Part shown: positions 19,023-29,596 of the stretch, in pieces
How positions within the stretch are numbered: position 1 is the stretch's first letter
Layout of the letters: each line of letters opens with the position of its first letter
Assembly (NCBI GenBank): GCA_046538485.1
Contig: JBKHIT010000001.1
Location: forward strand, 64,001-128,000
DNA length: 64,000 nucleotides
Direction of reading: 5' to 3'
DNA from: Candidatus Brocadiia bacterium
GTDB taxonomy: Bacteria > Planctomycetota > Brocadiia > SM23-32
Program-made: the position numbers and the translations under genes
The notes under the pieces: model-generated
The model's database searches: none
What the model was told of the DNA's origin: nothing
What the model saw: the letters and a program-made list of their open reading frames with translations, nothing else

Positions 19023-21338
19023 ATGCCCAGGTTTCTTGAAAAACTAAAGCGTTGGGCCGACGATGTGCATTGGGAAGACGCGGCAAAACCAAAGTCGTGG
19101 GTGAATTTTGCCCGTCGACAGGTCCGATTATATCTCTATATCGCGCGGGAAACTGTGCGCGACCGCTGCCTGCAGCAGGCAGCCGCCCTGACGTTCACCA
19201 CCCTCCTGTCGCTCGTCCCCCTCTTTGCCGTAGCATTTTCGATTTTTCGCGGATTCGCCGCCTTTGAAGGTCTCGAAAAAAAAGCGGAGCGGGCCATCTT
19301 CCGTACGGTGCTTGCAGCCCCTCTCCTCGAAGGGATCGAAGGCGAAGGACAAAGGGGAGAAGAAGGGGATGATCTGCAATTCGATTCTGTCAGTAATCTG
19401 CCGGCGGAAAAGCTGCTTGAAAAGGCCAGCAAAAAGCCGCGTCAGAGCGAAGCAGTCGACGCCATCACCCTTTACACAGCAGCACTCTCAAAAGGCACTG
19501 AGGCTAACACTGTGCGGGATGGTCTTGCTTCGGTCTATTTCCCATCGCCGGAGAAAACCCTGAGTCTATTTCAAAAAGTGGACGCACAGGCCCGAAAAGC
19601 GTACGCTCGTGCGGCTCAAGCCCCGGCGGCAAAACTGGATGTAAAAGCATCGAAAGGATATAAACTTTTCGGCCAGGCGTTGAATTTGAGAGATCGACTC
19701 AACTACCAGGACGCCCTTGAAAAGCTCAGAGAAGCCGAGGAGATGGACTATCCGCTCTGGAAAACCCGGGCCGAAGCCGCTCTCATCCAGCTGGCTCTTG
19801 GAGACAAATACAAACGCAAAGTTGACTACGAAAAGGCGTGTAACCATTATCAGGAAGCAACTCGCCTTTCCACGGACGCGCTCTTTCTGTCCGCACATAA
19901 AATCCCCACCGACGAAGCCCGTAACATCATCGACAATCATAATCAGTCGCTTGAACGCGTTGGGCAGATATACCTCACACGCGGCAGGGAACAATTTGCA
20001 ATGTACCAGGAAGTGCAGAACGAGGTCACCGAAGCGGGCTCCGAAAAGCTCGAAGTGGCTCTGAAATCCCTGGAGGAAGCGGCCTGGTACCTGGAAAACT
20101 CTCAGGAAACCCATACAGTTCTGGCTGAAGTACAGTGGAATGCCGGTTTGAAAGAAGAAGCTTATCGCAACGCCCAAAAAGCCACTCAAAAAAGCAAACG
20201 GGTGTTCGCACGAGGATTCAGCACGGCCGTGGCCGATTATATTCGGAGTCTCTCCAACCGAGTCGGCACCGCTGGGCTCGGTATTATCGGAATTTTTTTC
20301 CTGATAGTAACGGCCATTTCGCTTTTCAACACCATCGAGCAAACCCTCAACTCCATCTGGCAGGTGAGGGAGAAACGGCCGTTCTGGATAAAGTTTACGG
20401 CCTTCTGCACATTGCTATGGCTCGGGCCGGCACTGATTGCCGCATCTATCCTCCTCCGTGAACAAATGGCTCAACAGCTCTCCGCGACTTTTATCGGGAT
20501 CCCCGTTCTGAGCACACTTTTCACGATTGGGGCGGCGATTGCGCGGTACGTTTTGCCTTTCATCACGGTTTGGTTGCTTTTGTTAGCCGTTTACAAATTT
20601 TTGCCGCACACGCGCGTTAAATTCGGTGCTGCGGGCTGGGGAGCTTTTGTTGGAACCATTCTCATCCAGCTCGCACGACCCGGCTTCGGCCTTTACGTCA
20701 GCAAAGCCTTCAAATACCAGAAAATTTACGGTTCTTTGGGAGCAATACCCATATTCCTGCTGTGGGTGTGGCTGCTATGGGTTCTGGTGCTTTTCGGAGC
20801 GGAAGTGGCCTTCACCGTGCAGAATGTTAGACTCCTGCGCTTCCGGGACAAACTGCGCCGTCTTTCGGGGCTCTTTATCGACCGCTATCTCGCTGCCCGT
20901 ATGATGATGTACGTCGCTCGGGAATTCTGGAAAAGCGGTGAGCCAACATCAATTGAAAAACTCTCCAAAACGATGAGAATTCCCCCGGAAGAAGCCTCAG
21001 ATGCCGCAGACAGGCTTGTCAAGCTGGATTTGTTGACACCTGTCGGCGAAGAACGTGATCAGTACCATCCCGCCAAAGATCTCTCTCGGTTGACGTTGAT
21101 GGAAGTTTTGAGTATCACTGACCGTTTCAGGGATGAATCTCGCTCCCGGCGTTCTGCCGATTCCGCGTATGAAAACAAGCTGGAAAAGAGTTTTCAGAAA
21201 GCCATTTCAGCCCAGCGAGAGGCCCTCGAAGGAAAAACATTCAGGGATCTCATGGAAGAATGCGAGCAGGAAGAACAGAAGTCAGAATCAGATGATGCGC
21301 CAAATGAAAAATCGGAAACTGAACTCGATAACTCGTAA
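19023..21338 (+). CDS. YihY/BrkB-family membrane protein with large TPR-like insertion and C-terminal winged-helix-like domain
   Basis: AAALTFTTLLSLVP, IEQTLNSIW, YGSLGAIPIFLLWVWLLWVLVLFGAE; about 300 aa helical insert. Confidence 0.85.
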   Translation: MPRFLEKLKRWADDVHWEDAAKPKSWVNFARRQVRLYLYIARETVRDRCLQQAAALTFTTLLSLVPLFAVAFSIFRGFAAFEGLEKKAERAIFRTVLAAPLLEGIEGEGQRGEEGDDLQFDSVSNLPAEKLLEKASKKPRQSEAVDAITLYTAALSKGTEANTVRDGLASVYFPSPEKTLSLFQKVDAQARKAYARAAQAPAAKLDVKASKGYKLFGQALNLRDRLNYQDALEKLREAEEMDYPLWKTRAEAALIQLALGDKYKRKVDYEKACNHYQEATRLSTDALFLSAHKIPTDEARNIIDNHNQSLERVGQIYLTRGREQFAMYQEVQNEVTEAGSEKLEVALKSLEEAAWYLENSQETHTVLAEVQWNAGLKEEAYRNAQKATQKSKRVFARGFSTAVADYIRSLSNRVGTAGLGIIGIFFLIVTAISLFNTIEQTLNSIWQVREKRPFWIKFTAFCTLLWLGPALIAASILLREQMAQQLSATFIGIPVLSTLFTIGAAIARYVLPFITVWLLLLAVYKFLPHTRVKFGAAGWGAFVGTILIQLARPGFGLYVSKAFKYQKIYGSLGAIPIFLLWVWLLWVLVLFGAEVAFTVQNVRLLRFRDKLRRLSGLFIDRYLAARMMMYVAREFWKSGEPTSIEKLSKTMRIPPEEASDAADRLVKLDLLTPVGEERDQYHPAKDLSRLTLMEVLSITDRFRDESRSRRSADSAYENKLEKSFQKAISAQREALEGKTFRDLMEECEQEEQKSESDDAPNEKSETELDNS

Positions 21339-21368
21339 AATCGCTCTGTGCACTAAAATCTCAGGAGT

Positions 21369-22511
21369 ATGCTGATGAAGAAAAACTACATGTTCACGCC
21401 AGGGCCTACAATGGTACCGCACGAAGTTCTGCTGGCGGAAGCCGCACCGATGATCCACCATCGCACTCCCGATTTTTCAAAGATTATGCGGGAAGTCACC
21501 GACGGAATGAAGAAGCTTTTCGGAACCGAGCAGGAAGTGTATTCGATCGCGGGAAGCGGCACCGCCGCCATGGATGCCGCCATCGCCAATACCTGCTCTC
21601 CCGGCGATACAGCAATCTGCGTGCGCGGCGGAAAATTCGGTGCCCGATGGGCCGAAATATGCAAAGCTTACGGATGCGAAGTAATCAATATCGATATCAA
21701 ATGGGGCCAGTCACCTTCCATTGAGCAGATCCGCTCCGCTCTCGGGGAACACCCAGACGCCCGTGTGCTTTGCGTAACACACAGCGAAACCTCCACGGCG
21801 GCTCTCACCGATGTCCAGGCCATCGGAACCATGACCTGCGAACAAAGTACCCTCCTCGTCGTTGATGCCATCACCAGCGTCGGAGTGCATCCAGTGTGCA
21901 TGGACAAATGGGGATTGGACGTGGTGGTCTCTGGTTCCCAAAAAGGTTGTATGATTCCACCGGGCCTCGGTTTCATTGCTGCCAGTCCGGACGCATGGGA
22001 TATCATCGATGATTGCGCCTCTCCCCGCTACTACCTCGACATGAGAGCGATGCGGGATAAGTGGGCAGATTCAACTCAAACCCCGTTCACCGGCACTGTC
22101 TCACTCACCCGCGCCCTCCAGAAAGCGCTCAAAATGATGCGCGAAGAAGGGCTCGAAAACCTCTACGCCCGCCACGCCCGACTCGCCGAAGCAACTCGCA
22201 GCGCGATGATGGCCATCGGACTCGACCTGGTCGCTGACAACCCTGTCAACGGCGTCACCGCCGTCTGGGCGCCCGAGAGTATTGACACCGGCGAAATGAC
22301 AAAACTCATGCGAGATCAGTACGGCGTCACAATCGCCGGTGGGCAAGCTGAGCTCAAAGGCCGCATATTCCGCATCGGTCATATGGGCTACGTCAGCGAA
22401 GACGACCTGCTGATCTGCATCTCCGCCGTCGAACGAGCCCTGAGAGATCTCGGATACCAATTTGACCTCGGAACGGGTGTCTCCACCGCACAGGAAAAGC
22501 TCTTTGGCTGA
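21369..22511 (+). CDS. Class V PLP aminotransferase (alanine/serine-glyoxylate family)
   Basis: FTPGPT, GSGTAAM, HSETST, VVDAITS, GSQKG..PPGL, FRIGHMG. Confidence 0.93.
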   Translation: MLMKKNYMFTPGPTMVPHEVLLAEAAPMIHHRTPDFSKIMREVTDGMKKLFGTEQEVYSIAGSGTAAMDAAIANTCSPGDTAICVRGGKFGARWAEICKAYGCEVINIDIKWGQSPSIEQIRSALGEHPDARVLCVTHSETSTAALTDVQAIGTMTCEQSTLLVVDAITSVGVHPVCMDKWGLDVVVSGSQKGCMIPPGLGFIAASPDAWDIIDDCASPRYYLDMRAMRDKWADSTQTPFTGTVSLTRALQKALKMMREEGLENLYARHARLAEATRSAMMAIGLDLVADNPVNGVTAVWAPESIDTGEMTKLMRDQYGVTIAGGQAELKGRIFRIGHMGYVSEDDLLICISAVERALRDLGYQFDLGTGVSTAQEKLFG

Positions 22512-22534
22512 GACTCCATCACTTAAATGCTGCT

Positions 22535-23410
22535 ATGGATTTCCAGACCCACTTCACCTACCGGGATGCTATCCCCCACCAAGAAGGCGTAACACGACGC
22601 GATCCGAGCCCCGTTATTCTTGTTGGTAACACATACCACGTCTGGTACACGCAGGCAACGGTCGATCACTCGGGATACTACGGAAGCATCTATCACGCGA
22701 CATCACCGGACGGTCTGGAGTGGCATGAGCAGAAAGAAGCCGTGCCGAAAGGCGGACCGAACGCCTGGGATGAAAACGGTGTCTTCACACCAACTATTCT
22801 CATTGCCGATAGCCTGTATTTCATTTTTTACACCGCTGTGCCGAAACCGTTCCATCAGGACCCCGTCGACCCGACCCCCACCGCCATCGGAATCGCAATG
22901 GCAGATTCTCCCGGGGGACCCTGGAGTAAATTCGAAGGCAACCCCGTTCTGGAACCGGGACCCGAAGGCACATTCGACTGCTTACGTGTTGACGATAGCT
23001 GCATGATCAAAAGAGACGGTAAATACTGGATGTACTACAAAGGCCGGGGGCGCAAAGACACGCCGATGGGACTGGCCATTGCCGATGACCCAACCGGCCC
23101 GTACTTCAAACACTCATATAGCCCTCTGGTTGAAAGCGGACACGAAGTCTGCGTCTGGCCGCACGGCGACGGGGTAGCGGCATTGGTCGGCCATACCGGT
23201 CCGAATCCACACAACATCCGCTACGCACCCGACGGCCTGCATTTTTCCGTGGAATTCCAGACAAAAGTTCCCGCCGCCCCCGGGCCCTACCGGAAAGATC
23301 ATTTCCGCGACGGGCCGGGACCCGGTATCACCTGGGGACTTTGCATCGGCCGCCACCCGGAGCACCCTTTTCTGCAACGTTTCGACTGCGATTTGAGGGC
23401 CAACCCGTGA
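22535..23410 (+). CDS. Five-bladed beta-propeller glycoside hydrolase (GH117/GH43-like)
   Basis: RRDPSPVI, YHVWYT, VFTPTIL, VDDSCM, WMYYKG, SGHEVCVWP. Confidence 0.8.
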   Translation: MDFQTHFTYRDAIPHQEGVTRRDPSPVILVGNTYHVWYTQATVDHSGYYGSIYHATSPDGLEWHEQKEAVPKGGPNAWDENGVFTPTILIADSLYFIFYTAVPKPFHQDPVDPTPTAIGIAMADSPGGPWSKFEGNPVLEPGPEGTFDCLRVDDSCMIKRDGKYWMYYKGRGRKDTPMGLAIADDPTGPYFKHSYSPLVESGHEVCVWPHGDGVAALVGHTGPNPHNIRYAPDGLHFSVEFQTKVPAAPGPYRKDHFRDGPGPGITWGLCIGRHPEHPFLQRFDCDLRANP

Positions 23411-23623
23411 ACGGCAACTATCGCGGTATGGCCGTCGTTTGCCGTTTTATGTGGGTCTATCTTCGCCGTTAAATCCATCACCTCTTGAGCTTTCTCGCCA
23501 AGTTCCGGTCGAAAGCTGGGAAGCTGAGACGGGAGGAAGTTTTGTTCTGTTATGAAGAAAGCAATTGGGCATGTAGAGTATTCGCAACATCCAGCCCGGG
23601 TCTGGCGACCCGCCGCGCGGAGA

Positions 23624-23800
23624 GCGGCAATCTCGGTGTTGGGCAAAAAACGACGAGATTGCTTCGCCCATCTTACGATGCACTCGCAATGACCACTGTG
23701 GCTGAGATTTCTGACTAAGCAGGTAGCCGGAGGCTACAGTTCAGAATGCGGACAAGTCCCCCTTCGCCTGCCAATGACGGGCTCAGCTGAACTCGAGTCT
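23624..23800. repeat. REP-like mosaic between convergent genes
   Basis: GCAATCTC..GAGATTGC..CTCGCAATGAC (23624-23693), AGTTCAGAATGCG unit (23718-23752), CAAGTCCCCCTTCG..GCTCAGCTGAACTCGAGTCT (23753-23800). Confidence 0.8.
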
Positions 23801-23870
23801 TCCTGGCCGCGAACATAGCTCCCCAATTTCAATACCACGACGCCAGCGGCGACTGCTTCCAATCCCATAC

Positions 23871-24944
23871 CTAAAAAATACGCCGCCCGTCTTTCCGAGC
23901 CTGGAGTGTCTGCACGAAGGCTTCCAGACGGGTTTTCAGCTGGCCGCTCAGAGGACCGGGACGATCGCACTCGATCGTAAGAACCGGAAGATCCAGTTCC
24001 TCTCGCAAAATGCGATCTTCAGTGCGTCGGAAACAAAAACTCTGCACGTAATGGATAAGCCCGTCCAATCCCCTGCGCCTGCATTCACGCTTGATATCTT
24101 CCAGACGTACAAAAATCCCGTAGGGATAGCGAAAACGGGTGTATTGTTCCGCCAGGGACGTCCCGCCCTCCGGCATTGCGAACTGCCGTTGTGTCTCATT
24201 GTAGACGACGCGCGCGCCGAGATCTTCCAGGTACTCATAGCATTGCGGCACAATCGGCGGAACCCCGGCCATGCCCAGGCGAATGGGATGCGACATCTCT
24301 TCCCGATCATCCACACAATTGAGAAAAGCGTCGGCCTCTTTATTAAAACGATCCGCGTCGGCGCAAAAATCACTGGTCGAAACGAGCCAGAGATGGTCTT
24401 CAAATCCCGACACCCGGTTCCCCTTGCAGCATTGTTCGTCAATATCCAGCGTTTTCGCGCGAATTGGTTGCAGACGTATTCTCCACTCTTCAGCCTCATC
24501 AAGGTTCGCACCAAAACGGTCCGCAAAATCCGCAATATGCGTCTGCATGCGGTTTTCATCGGGACGATGGGGGTACTCGAATGGGAGGCACTCGACACCC
24601 TCGTATTCGAGCATCTCCATGAGAGCGTGGGTATTGCTGCAATCTCCCTGCGTTACGCCCACGACCCTCTGGATACCGCATCGGTGAACGGCTCCGTACA
24701 GTCCTTTTGTCCACGCACAGGACGTTCGCGGAAAACCCGAGCTTTCGGCCTCAACCAGCAACGATTCCGGTTCCTGAGCCATCACAAAAACGTTGTTTAA
24801 ATCGACCGGTATCAACCCCGACGCCAGAATGACTTCCATGGGCACAGTTGTGGTTATTCCCACAGTTTTTTCCGGCGGGATATTACCCGGCAATGGCGGT
24901 GGCAGCATTGGGGCGCAGTGATTGGACGGTTCGCGTGTCTCCAA
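23871..24944 (-). CDS. 2-hydroxyacyl-CoA dehydratase family subunit
   Basis: VGITTTVPME, GFPRTSCAWTKG, QGDCSNT, IHYVQSFC, TRLEAF. Confidence 0.85.
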   Translation of the reverse strand: METREPSNHCAPMLPPPLPGNIPPEKTVGITTTVPMEVILASGLIPVDLNNVFVMAQEPESLLVEAESSGFPRTSCAWTKGLYGAVHRCGIQRVVGVTQGDCSNTHALMEMLEYEGVECLPFEYPHRPDENRMQTHIADFADRFGANLDEAEEWRIRLQPIRAKTLDIDEQCCKGNRVSGFEDHLWLVSTSDFCADADRFNKEADAFLNCVDDREEMSHPIRLGMAGVPPIVPQCYEYLEDLGARVVYNETQRQFAMPEGGTSLAEQYTRFRYPYGIFVRLEDIKRECRRRGLDGLIHYVQSFCFRRTEDRILREELDLPVLTIECDRPGPLSGQLKTRLEAFVQTLQARKDGRRIF

Positions 24945-25195
24945 AAGCTACTCCTCACTGTTCGGAAATGTATTTTTTCGCGCTTCCGGGGCTCCCATAA
25001 TCACCCCCTGAAGCCGACGTTCCAGGAAAATCTCCGACCCATTCGAAAGATTTTCCTCGAGTTTTTTTTCTTGAACCCGGGAAGGACAGATAAAATTGGG
25101 GAGGCGGGAAACCAGAGTTACGAATACCATGATGTCATGAAACGATGTCACGCGCAACTCAAGATTCACTTTTGAATTACGCGAATAGTCGGCGG

Positions 25196-26542
25196 TCAGG
25201 CGCCACCGAGGAACTCGCCCACGAAATGAGTATCGTAGTTCCCGCTCGCATAGCCCCTGTGTTCGATAAGGTCCCGGTAAAACGGGATAGTGGTCTTGAT
25301 ACCGGTCACCGTAAACTCTTCCAGTGCCCGCCTGAGGATATTGAGAGTTTCCAGCCTGTTTCGTCCGTAGCATATCAATTTGGCGACCATGGAATCGTAG
25401 AAAGGTTGCACCTGATATCCGCTATATACGTGCGTATCGAGCCGGATACCGGGACCGCCCGGAGGCACAAATTCCGTGATACGGCCGGGTGAGGTACGGA
25501 AATCATCGGCGGGATCTTCCGCATTGATTCTGCATTCTATTGCACTGCCTTTGAATTCAAGTTTCTTTTGCTGATATGGAAGACGTTCGCCGGCCGCAAC
25601 TCTGATCTGTTCTTTGACGATATCGATTCCGCTGACGACTTCGGTAATCGGATGTTCGACCTGCAGACGCGTGTTCATTTCCATGAAATAGTAATTACCG
25701 CTACGATCGACGAGGAATTCGACAGTCCCGGCGCCGGTGTAATTCACTGCTTTGCAAAGGTTAACTGCCGATTTAGCCACACTTGATCGCGTATCGTCGG
25801 AGATTCCCGGTGAAGGAGTTTCCTCAATCAATTTCTGATAGCGCCGTTGAATTGAGCAGTCTCGCTCCCCCAGATGTATAATATTTCCGTATCCATCCCC
25901 GAGGATTTGTACTTCGATGTGCCGGGCGCGTTCCAGCACTTTTTCTACATATACAGCATCGTTACCGAAAGCCTGAGCGGCTTCAGAGCGGGCCAGCGCC
26001 AGCATATTACGGAGAGTGATTTCATTATGAGCCACTCTCATCCCGCGTCCACCACCGCCGGAAGCCGCTTTAATCATCACGGGATAGCCCACTTCCCCCG
26101 CTTTTGCAACGGCTTCATCATCGCTTTCGATCGGATCTTCGCTCCCGGGCAGAACGGGAACTTTTTTCTCCTGGGCGACCGTGCGGGCGGTCGTCTTACT
26201 CCCCATTTTGCGCATGACCTCCGAGGTCGGCCCGATAAAGACGATATTGGATTCTTCACAGATTTCCGCGAATTCTGCTTCTTCGGAGAGGAATCCGTAG
26301 CCCGGATGAATAGCATCGACATTTGTGATTTCGGCAGCGGCAATAATTCGTGGGATATTCAAGTAGCTTTCGTTCGCCGGAGGAGGCCCGATACAAACCG
26401 CATCGTCGGCGTAGTCGAGATATTTGGTGTTTGCATCGCCCTCGGAATAAATGGCAACCGTTTCGACACCGAGCTCAGCACACGCTCTTATGATACGTAG
26501 CGCGACCTCGCCTCGGTTCGCTATGAGGATCCTTGAAAACAT
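25196..26542 (-). CDS. accC: Acetyl-CoA carboxylase, biotin carboxylase subunit
   Basis: ILIANRGEVA, IHPGYGFLSE, GGGGRGMR, EMNTRLQVEH, YDSMVAKL. Confidence 0.97.
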   Translation of the reverse strand: MFSRILIANRGEVALRIIRACAELGVETVAIYSEGDANTKYLDYADDAVCIGPPPANESYLNIPRIIAAAEITNVDAIHPGYGFLSEEAEFAEICEESNIVFIGPTSEVMRKMGSKTTARTVAQEKKVPVLPGSEDPIESDDEAVAKAGEVGYPVMIKAASGGGGRGMRVAHNEITLRNMLALARSEAAQAFGNDAVYVEKVLERARHIEVQILGDGYGNIIHLGERDCSIQRRYQKLIEETPSPGISDDTRSSVAKSAVNLCKAVNYTGAGTVEFLVDRSGNYYFMEMNTRLQVEHPITEVVSGIDIVKEQIRVAAGERLPYQQKKLEFKGSAIECRINAEDPADDFRTSPGRITEFVPPGGPGIRLDTHVYSGYQVQPFYDSMVAKLICYGRNRLETLNILRRALEEFTVTGIKTTIPFYRDLIEHRGYASGNYDTHFVGEFLGGA

Positions 26543-26590
26543 AGTTTAACCAAGATGGGGGTAATTGATATAAGCGAGCGCAACGGGTGT

Positions 26591-27085
26591 TTACTCTTCG
26601 GCAGGTTCGGCGAGAAACAAAACCTGGCCAAATTCGACGGGTTCAGCGTTTTGCACCAGAATTTCCACGACTTCGCCGGCTACTTCCGCTTTGACTTCGT
26701 TCATAACCTTCATTGCTTCCACAATGCAAACGACGGAATCTGGCTCGACAATTGTTCCGACGGTGACGTATGGTTCAGCTCCTTCGCTGGGAGCACGATA
26801 GAATGTACCGACCATAGGGGCGGTAATTTCGAGCAAATCCTCGTCTCGCCCTTCGCCGGACTCGGCCCCTTCGTTCGGCTCGGGAAGCTGTCTCTCAGAT
26901 TCTGAACCCGCTGGCACCGGGACGGGAACCTGTTGCCCCTCGCTGGACGAAGGGCCGGAGGCGAGCTGCACATACGTATTGGTCTTTATTCGCACCCGCA
27001 GCTCGGGTTCTTCAAGTTCTAATTCTGCAAGCTCGTTCTCACTCATCAGCTCGACCAGCTCGCGAATTTTTTCGATGACATCCAT
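26591..27085 (-). CDS. accB: Biotin carboxyl carrier protein
   Basis: APMVGTFY and EAMKVMNE biotinylation motif. Confidence 0.97.
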   Translation of the reverse strand: MDVIEKIRELVELMSENELAELELEEPELRVRIKTNTYVQLASGPSSSEGQQVPVPVPAGSESERQLPEPNEGAESGEGRDEDLLEITAPMVGTFYRAPSEGAEPYVTVGTIVEPDSVVCIVEAMKVMNEVKAEVAGEVVEILVQNAEPVEFGQVLFLAEPAEE

Positions 27086-27189
27086 CTTAGTGTCCTTTAT
27101 TGATGCCCCCTGTTTTACGGACCAAAAGCCGCCGTAACAGCAGGCGTGTATTCCAACTTCAATAGCTTATCAGTACAATTCCCCGCGAA

Positions 27190-28299
27190 TCAACCCCAGG
27201 CTTTCGCCTCGAGCATCTCGCACGGCAATGCACTTATTTTAACAAAACCATCTCCCGTGATGACTACCATCTCTTCGATTCGCACCCCCATTTTCCCGGG
27301 AATATAGATTCCGGGCTCGATAGTAAAAACCATGCCCGGTAGCAAAACTGCCTCTTCCCCCGGTGCTACCCGAGGCGCTTCGTGCACCTCGAGGCCCACA
27401 CCGTGACCAATTCCATGGCCAAAAAAACGGCCGTAGCCGGCCCGTACAATTGCAGACCGAGCGGCCCGATCAACATCGGCACAGGTTACGCCAGGTTTTA
27501 GCTTGTCAAATGCGGCTTCTTGTGCCTGTAAAACAACTTCTGACAACTCTCCAATGCCTTCAGGCATTGTACTGCCCGCCACAACTCGTGTCAAGTCTGA
27601 ATTATACCCCCGTACAGTAGCGCCCCAATCCACCAAAAGAGGTTCATCCCGAAGCACCTGTTCTGTCGCCACCGCATGCGGCTGGCTCGCATGCGCACCG
27701 CAAGCGCAAATGGTCTCAAATGCTCGTCCTTCAGCCCCTCGAACGCGCATCTCCCACTCAAGGCGTGCGGCCAGCCAATTCTCTGATTTCCCGGGGCAAA
27801 TTTCCCCGGAAAAAACTCGAAATGCCTCCTCCGCAAAGCGCAATGCCTCACCAACTGCCGCTAATTCATTCTTATCTTTACGAACCCGCAGATCTTCTAC
27901 CCACCCGCTTTCACAGGGGACAAAATCGCGTAAGCTTAGTTCAGATCTTAACCTACGGTAGTCCGCATACGATACATTCCGCGAAGAAAACGCTATTTTA
28001 CCACAATCGAGTTTACGACAAAGAACCGCCACTTCCCGTGCCATACGGCTCCGTCTCACCAGGATATCATCGACCTGAGCTTCCGTTTCGGCCTGCTCAC
28101 TGTAACGAGAATCTGTGACGAGCACTGCCCGCTTTGCACCGATTAGCAGCGTGCTGTCATTACCTGTAAAACCAGACAAGTAGCGCACATTGGGGGTTGC
28201 CACCGCCCAGTAAGCATCGACCTGCTCGCGCACCATCCGTCGGCGAAGCTGCTCGATACGTTCCGCGCAGGTGCGCCGCGGAAATTCCTCAAATCCCAT
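27190..28299 (-). CDS. Xaa-Pro aminopeptidase (M24 family)
   Basis: YLSGFTG, TDSRY, DWGA..GYNSDLTR, HGIGHGVGLEVHE, IEPGIY, VRIEE; GGAGGAG before ATG 28299. Confidence 0.92.
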   Translation of the reverse strand: MGFEEFPRRTCAERIEQLRRRMVREQVDAYWAVATPNVRYLSGFTGNDSTLLIGAKRAVLVTDSRYSEQAETEAQVDDILVRRSRMAREVAVLCRKLDCGKIAFSSRNVSYADYRRLRSELSLRDFVPCESGWVEDLRVRKDKNELAAVGEALRFAEEAFRVFSGEICPGKSENWLAARLEWEMRVRGAEGRAFETICACGAHASQPHAVATEQVLRDEPLLVDWGATVRGYNSDLTRVVAGSTMPEGIGELSEVVLQAQEAAFDKLKPGVTCADVDRAARSAIVRAGYGRFFGHGIGHGVGLEVHEAPRVAPGEEAVLLPGMVFTIEPGIYIPGKMGVRIEEMVVITGDGFVKISALPCEMLEAKAWG

Positions 28300-28624
28300 G
28301 CTCTCCTCCACAATACTTCCATCCTGTTGTCCTGTCCGGATATTATCACACCGGTCCCAGATGTCAAAGTCACCGAACACAACAGATAAACCCATTGCCA
28401 TCGGGACCACAAAACGCGTTTTCCACCGAAAAACCGGCGACACAGGCTTTTGCAGCCAACGAAACAAGTTGTTGAACCTGTAATATAATGTTTTTAGTCG
28501 CAAGTTGCCTTGTCCCGAAACACCAGAAACGGTAAAGTATTTGGGACAAACAATTCCGGTTCGTAAGGGGGGACTCTGGAAGCCGCAGCTTTCCTGAGAT
28601 ACAAAATCCGGTGGAGCAGGCGAG

Positions 28625-29596
28625 ATGTCTTCAAACAGCATTCCCACAGAATTAAGCGACCCATCTTTGAAAAGGCTAAAGAGGATTTTTGTCGGCGGTG
28701 TTCTCCTCTGCGCAGTGATTGTGCTGCACCTTCTTTTTATCAGCAAAACCATATCCAGTCTCTACGCCCGCGCGACCCTGTTACCGATGCTGTTGTGGGC
28801 TTTGGTTGTCACAACATATGCTTTCCATGCCGAGCGAGAACGGTCCCGCCTCGCCCAGGAGCTCCAAATTGCGGCGGATATCCAACTGGGGCTTCTCCCC
28901 GAAAAAGCCCTGGAAACGCAGATGTTTGAGGTCGGCGGGATGTGTCACCCGGCCGAGCGGGTTGGCGGAGATTTCTTCGATTACTGGTTACATAACAGCC
29001 GTGTCTGTATGGTTGTGGCTGACGTCACAGGCCACGATCTGGCATCGGCCCTGCTGGCTGCTTCTTTCCGAAGTGTTGTACGGGCGGAATCAGCGCATCG
29101 CACATCGGTTTCCGAGATCGCCGAAGGTATCAATCGTGTGATGTACGATGATCTCGTTAAATCTGACCTGCAGATAACATTTTGCTTCGGCCAGCTGGAT
29201 CCCGATGAAAAAACGTTCACATACTGTTCCTGCGGCCACCCTTACCCGATAAAAGTTGGTGAAGACCAGGTTTCGTGGCTTAAAACCGGTGGGTTACTGC
29301 TGGGCGTGCAACGCGAGGCAAAATATCCCGAAGAAACGGTAGAGCTTATGCCCGGCGATAAAGTGCTGATGTACACCGATGGTGTCATTGAAGCAACGAA
29401 CAGGGACGAAACAGCATTCGGAGCCGAGGGACTGAGATCCGCAGTCCGGTCGGCCGCTTCTCATTCTGCGCCCGAATTATCCCAGGAAATTGTAAGAGAG
29501 GTACGCGAATACTCTCAGCGCTCGAAACTTCGGGACGACGTGACGGTCCTCGCGGCACAAATTAAGCCTTCTGACCTTTCGCGGCAGGCAATTTAA
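28625..29596 (+). CDS. Membrane-anchored PP2C/SpoIIE-family phosphatase
   Basis: Two TM segments; VGGDFFD, VADVTGH, YTDGVIEA, DDVT. Confidence 0.9.
   Translation: MSSNSIPTELSDPSLKRLKRIFVGGVLLCAVIVLHLLFISKTISSLYARATLLPMLLWALVVTTYAFHAERERSRLAQELQIAADIQLGLLPEKALETQMFEVGGMCHPAERVGGDFFDYWLHNSRVCMVVADVTGHDLASALLAASFRSVVRAESAHRTSVSEIAEGINRVMYDDLVKSDLQITFCFGQLDPDEKTFTYCSCGHPYPIKVGEDQVSWLKTGGLLLGVQREAKYPEETVELMPGDKVLMYTDGVIEATNRDETAFGAEGLRSAVRSAASHSAPELSQEIVREVREYSQRSKLRDDVTVLAAQIKPSDLSRQAI

Noticed and set aside
28300..28752. N-terminal extension of the Xaa-Pro peptidase ORF
   Set aside because: Overlaps the divergent phosphatase gene; a good RBS supports ATG 28299.
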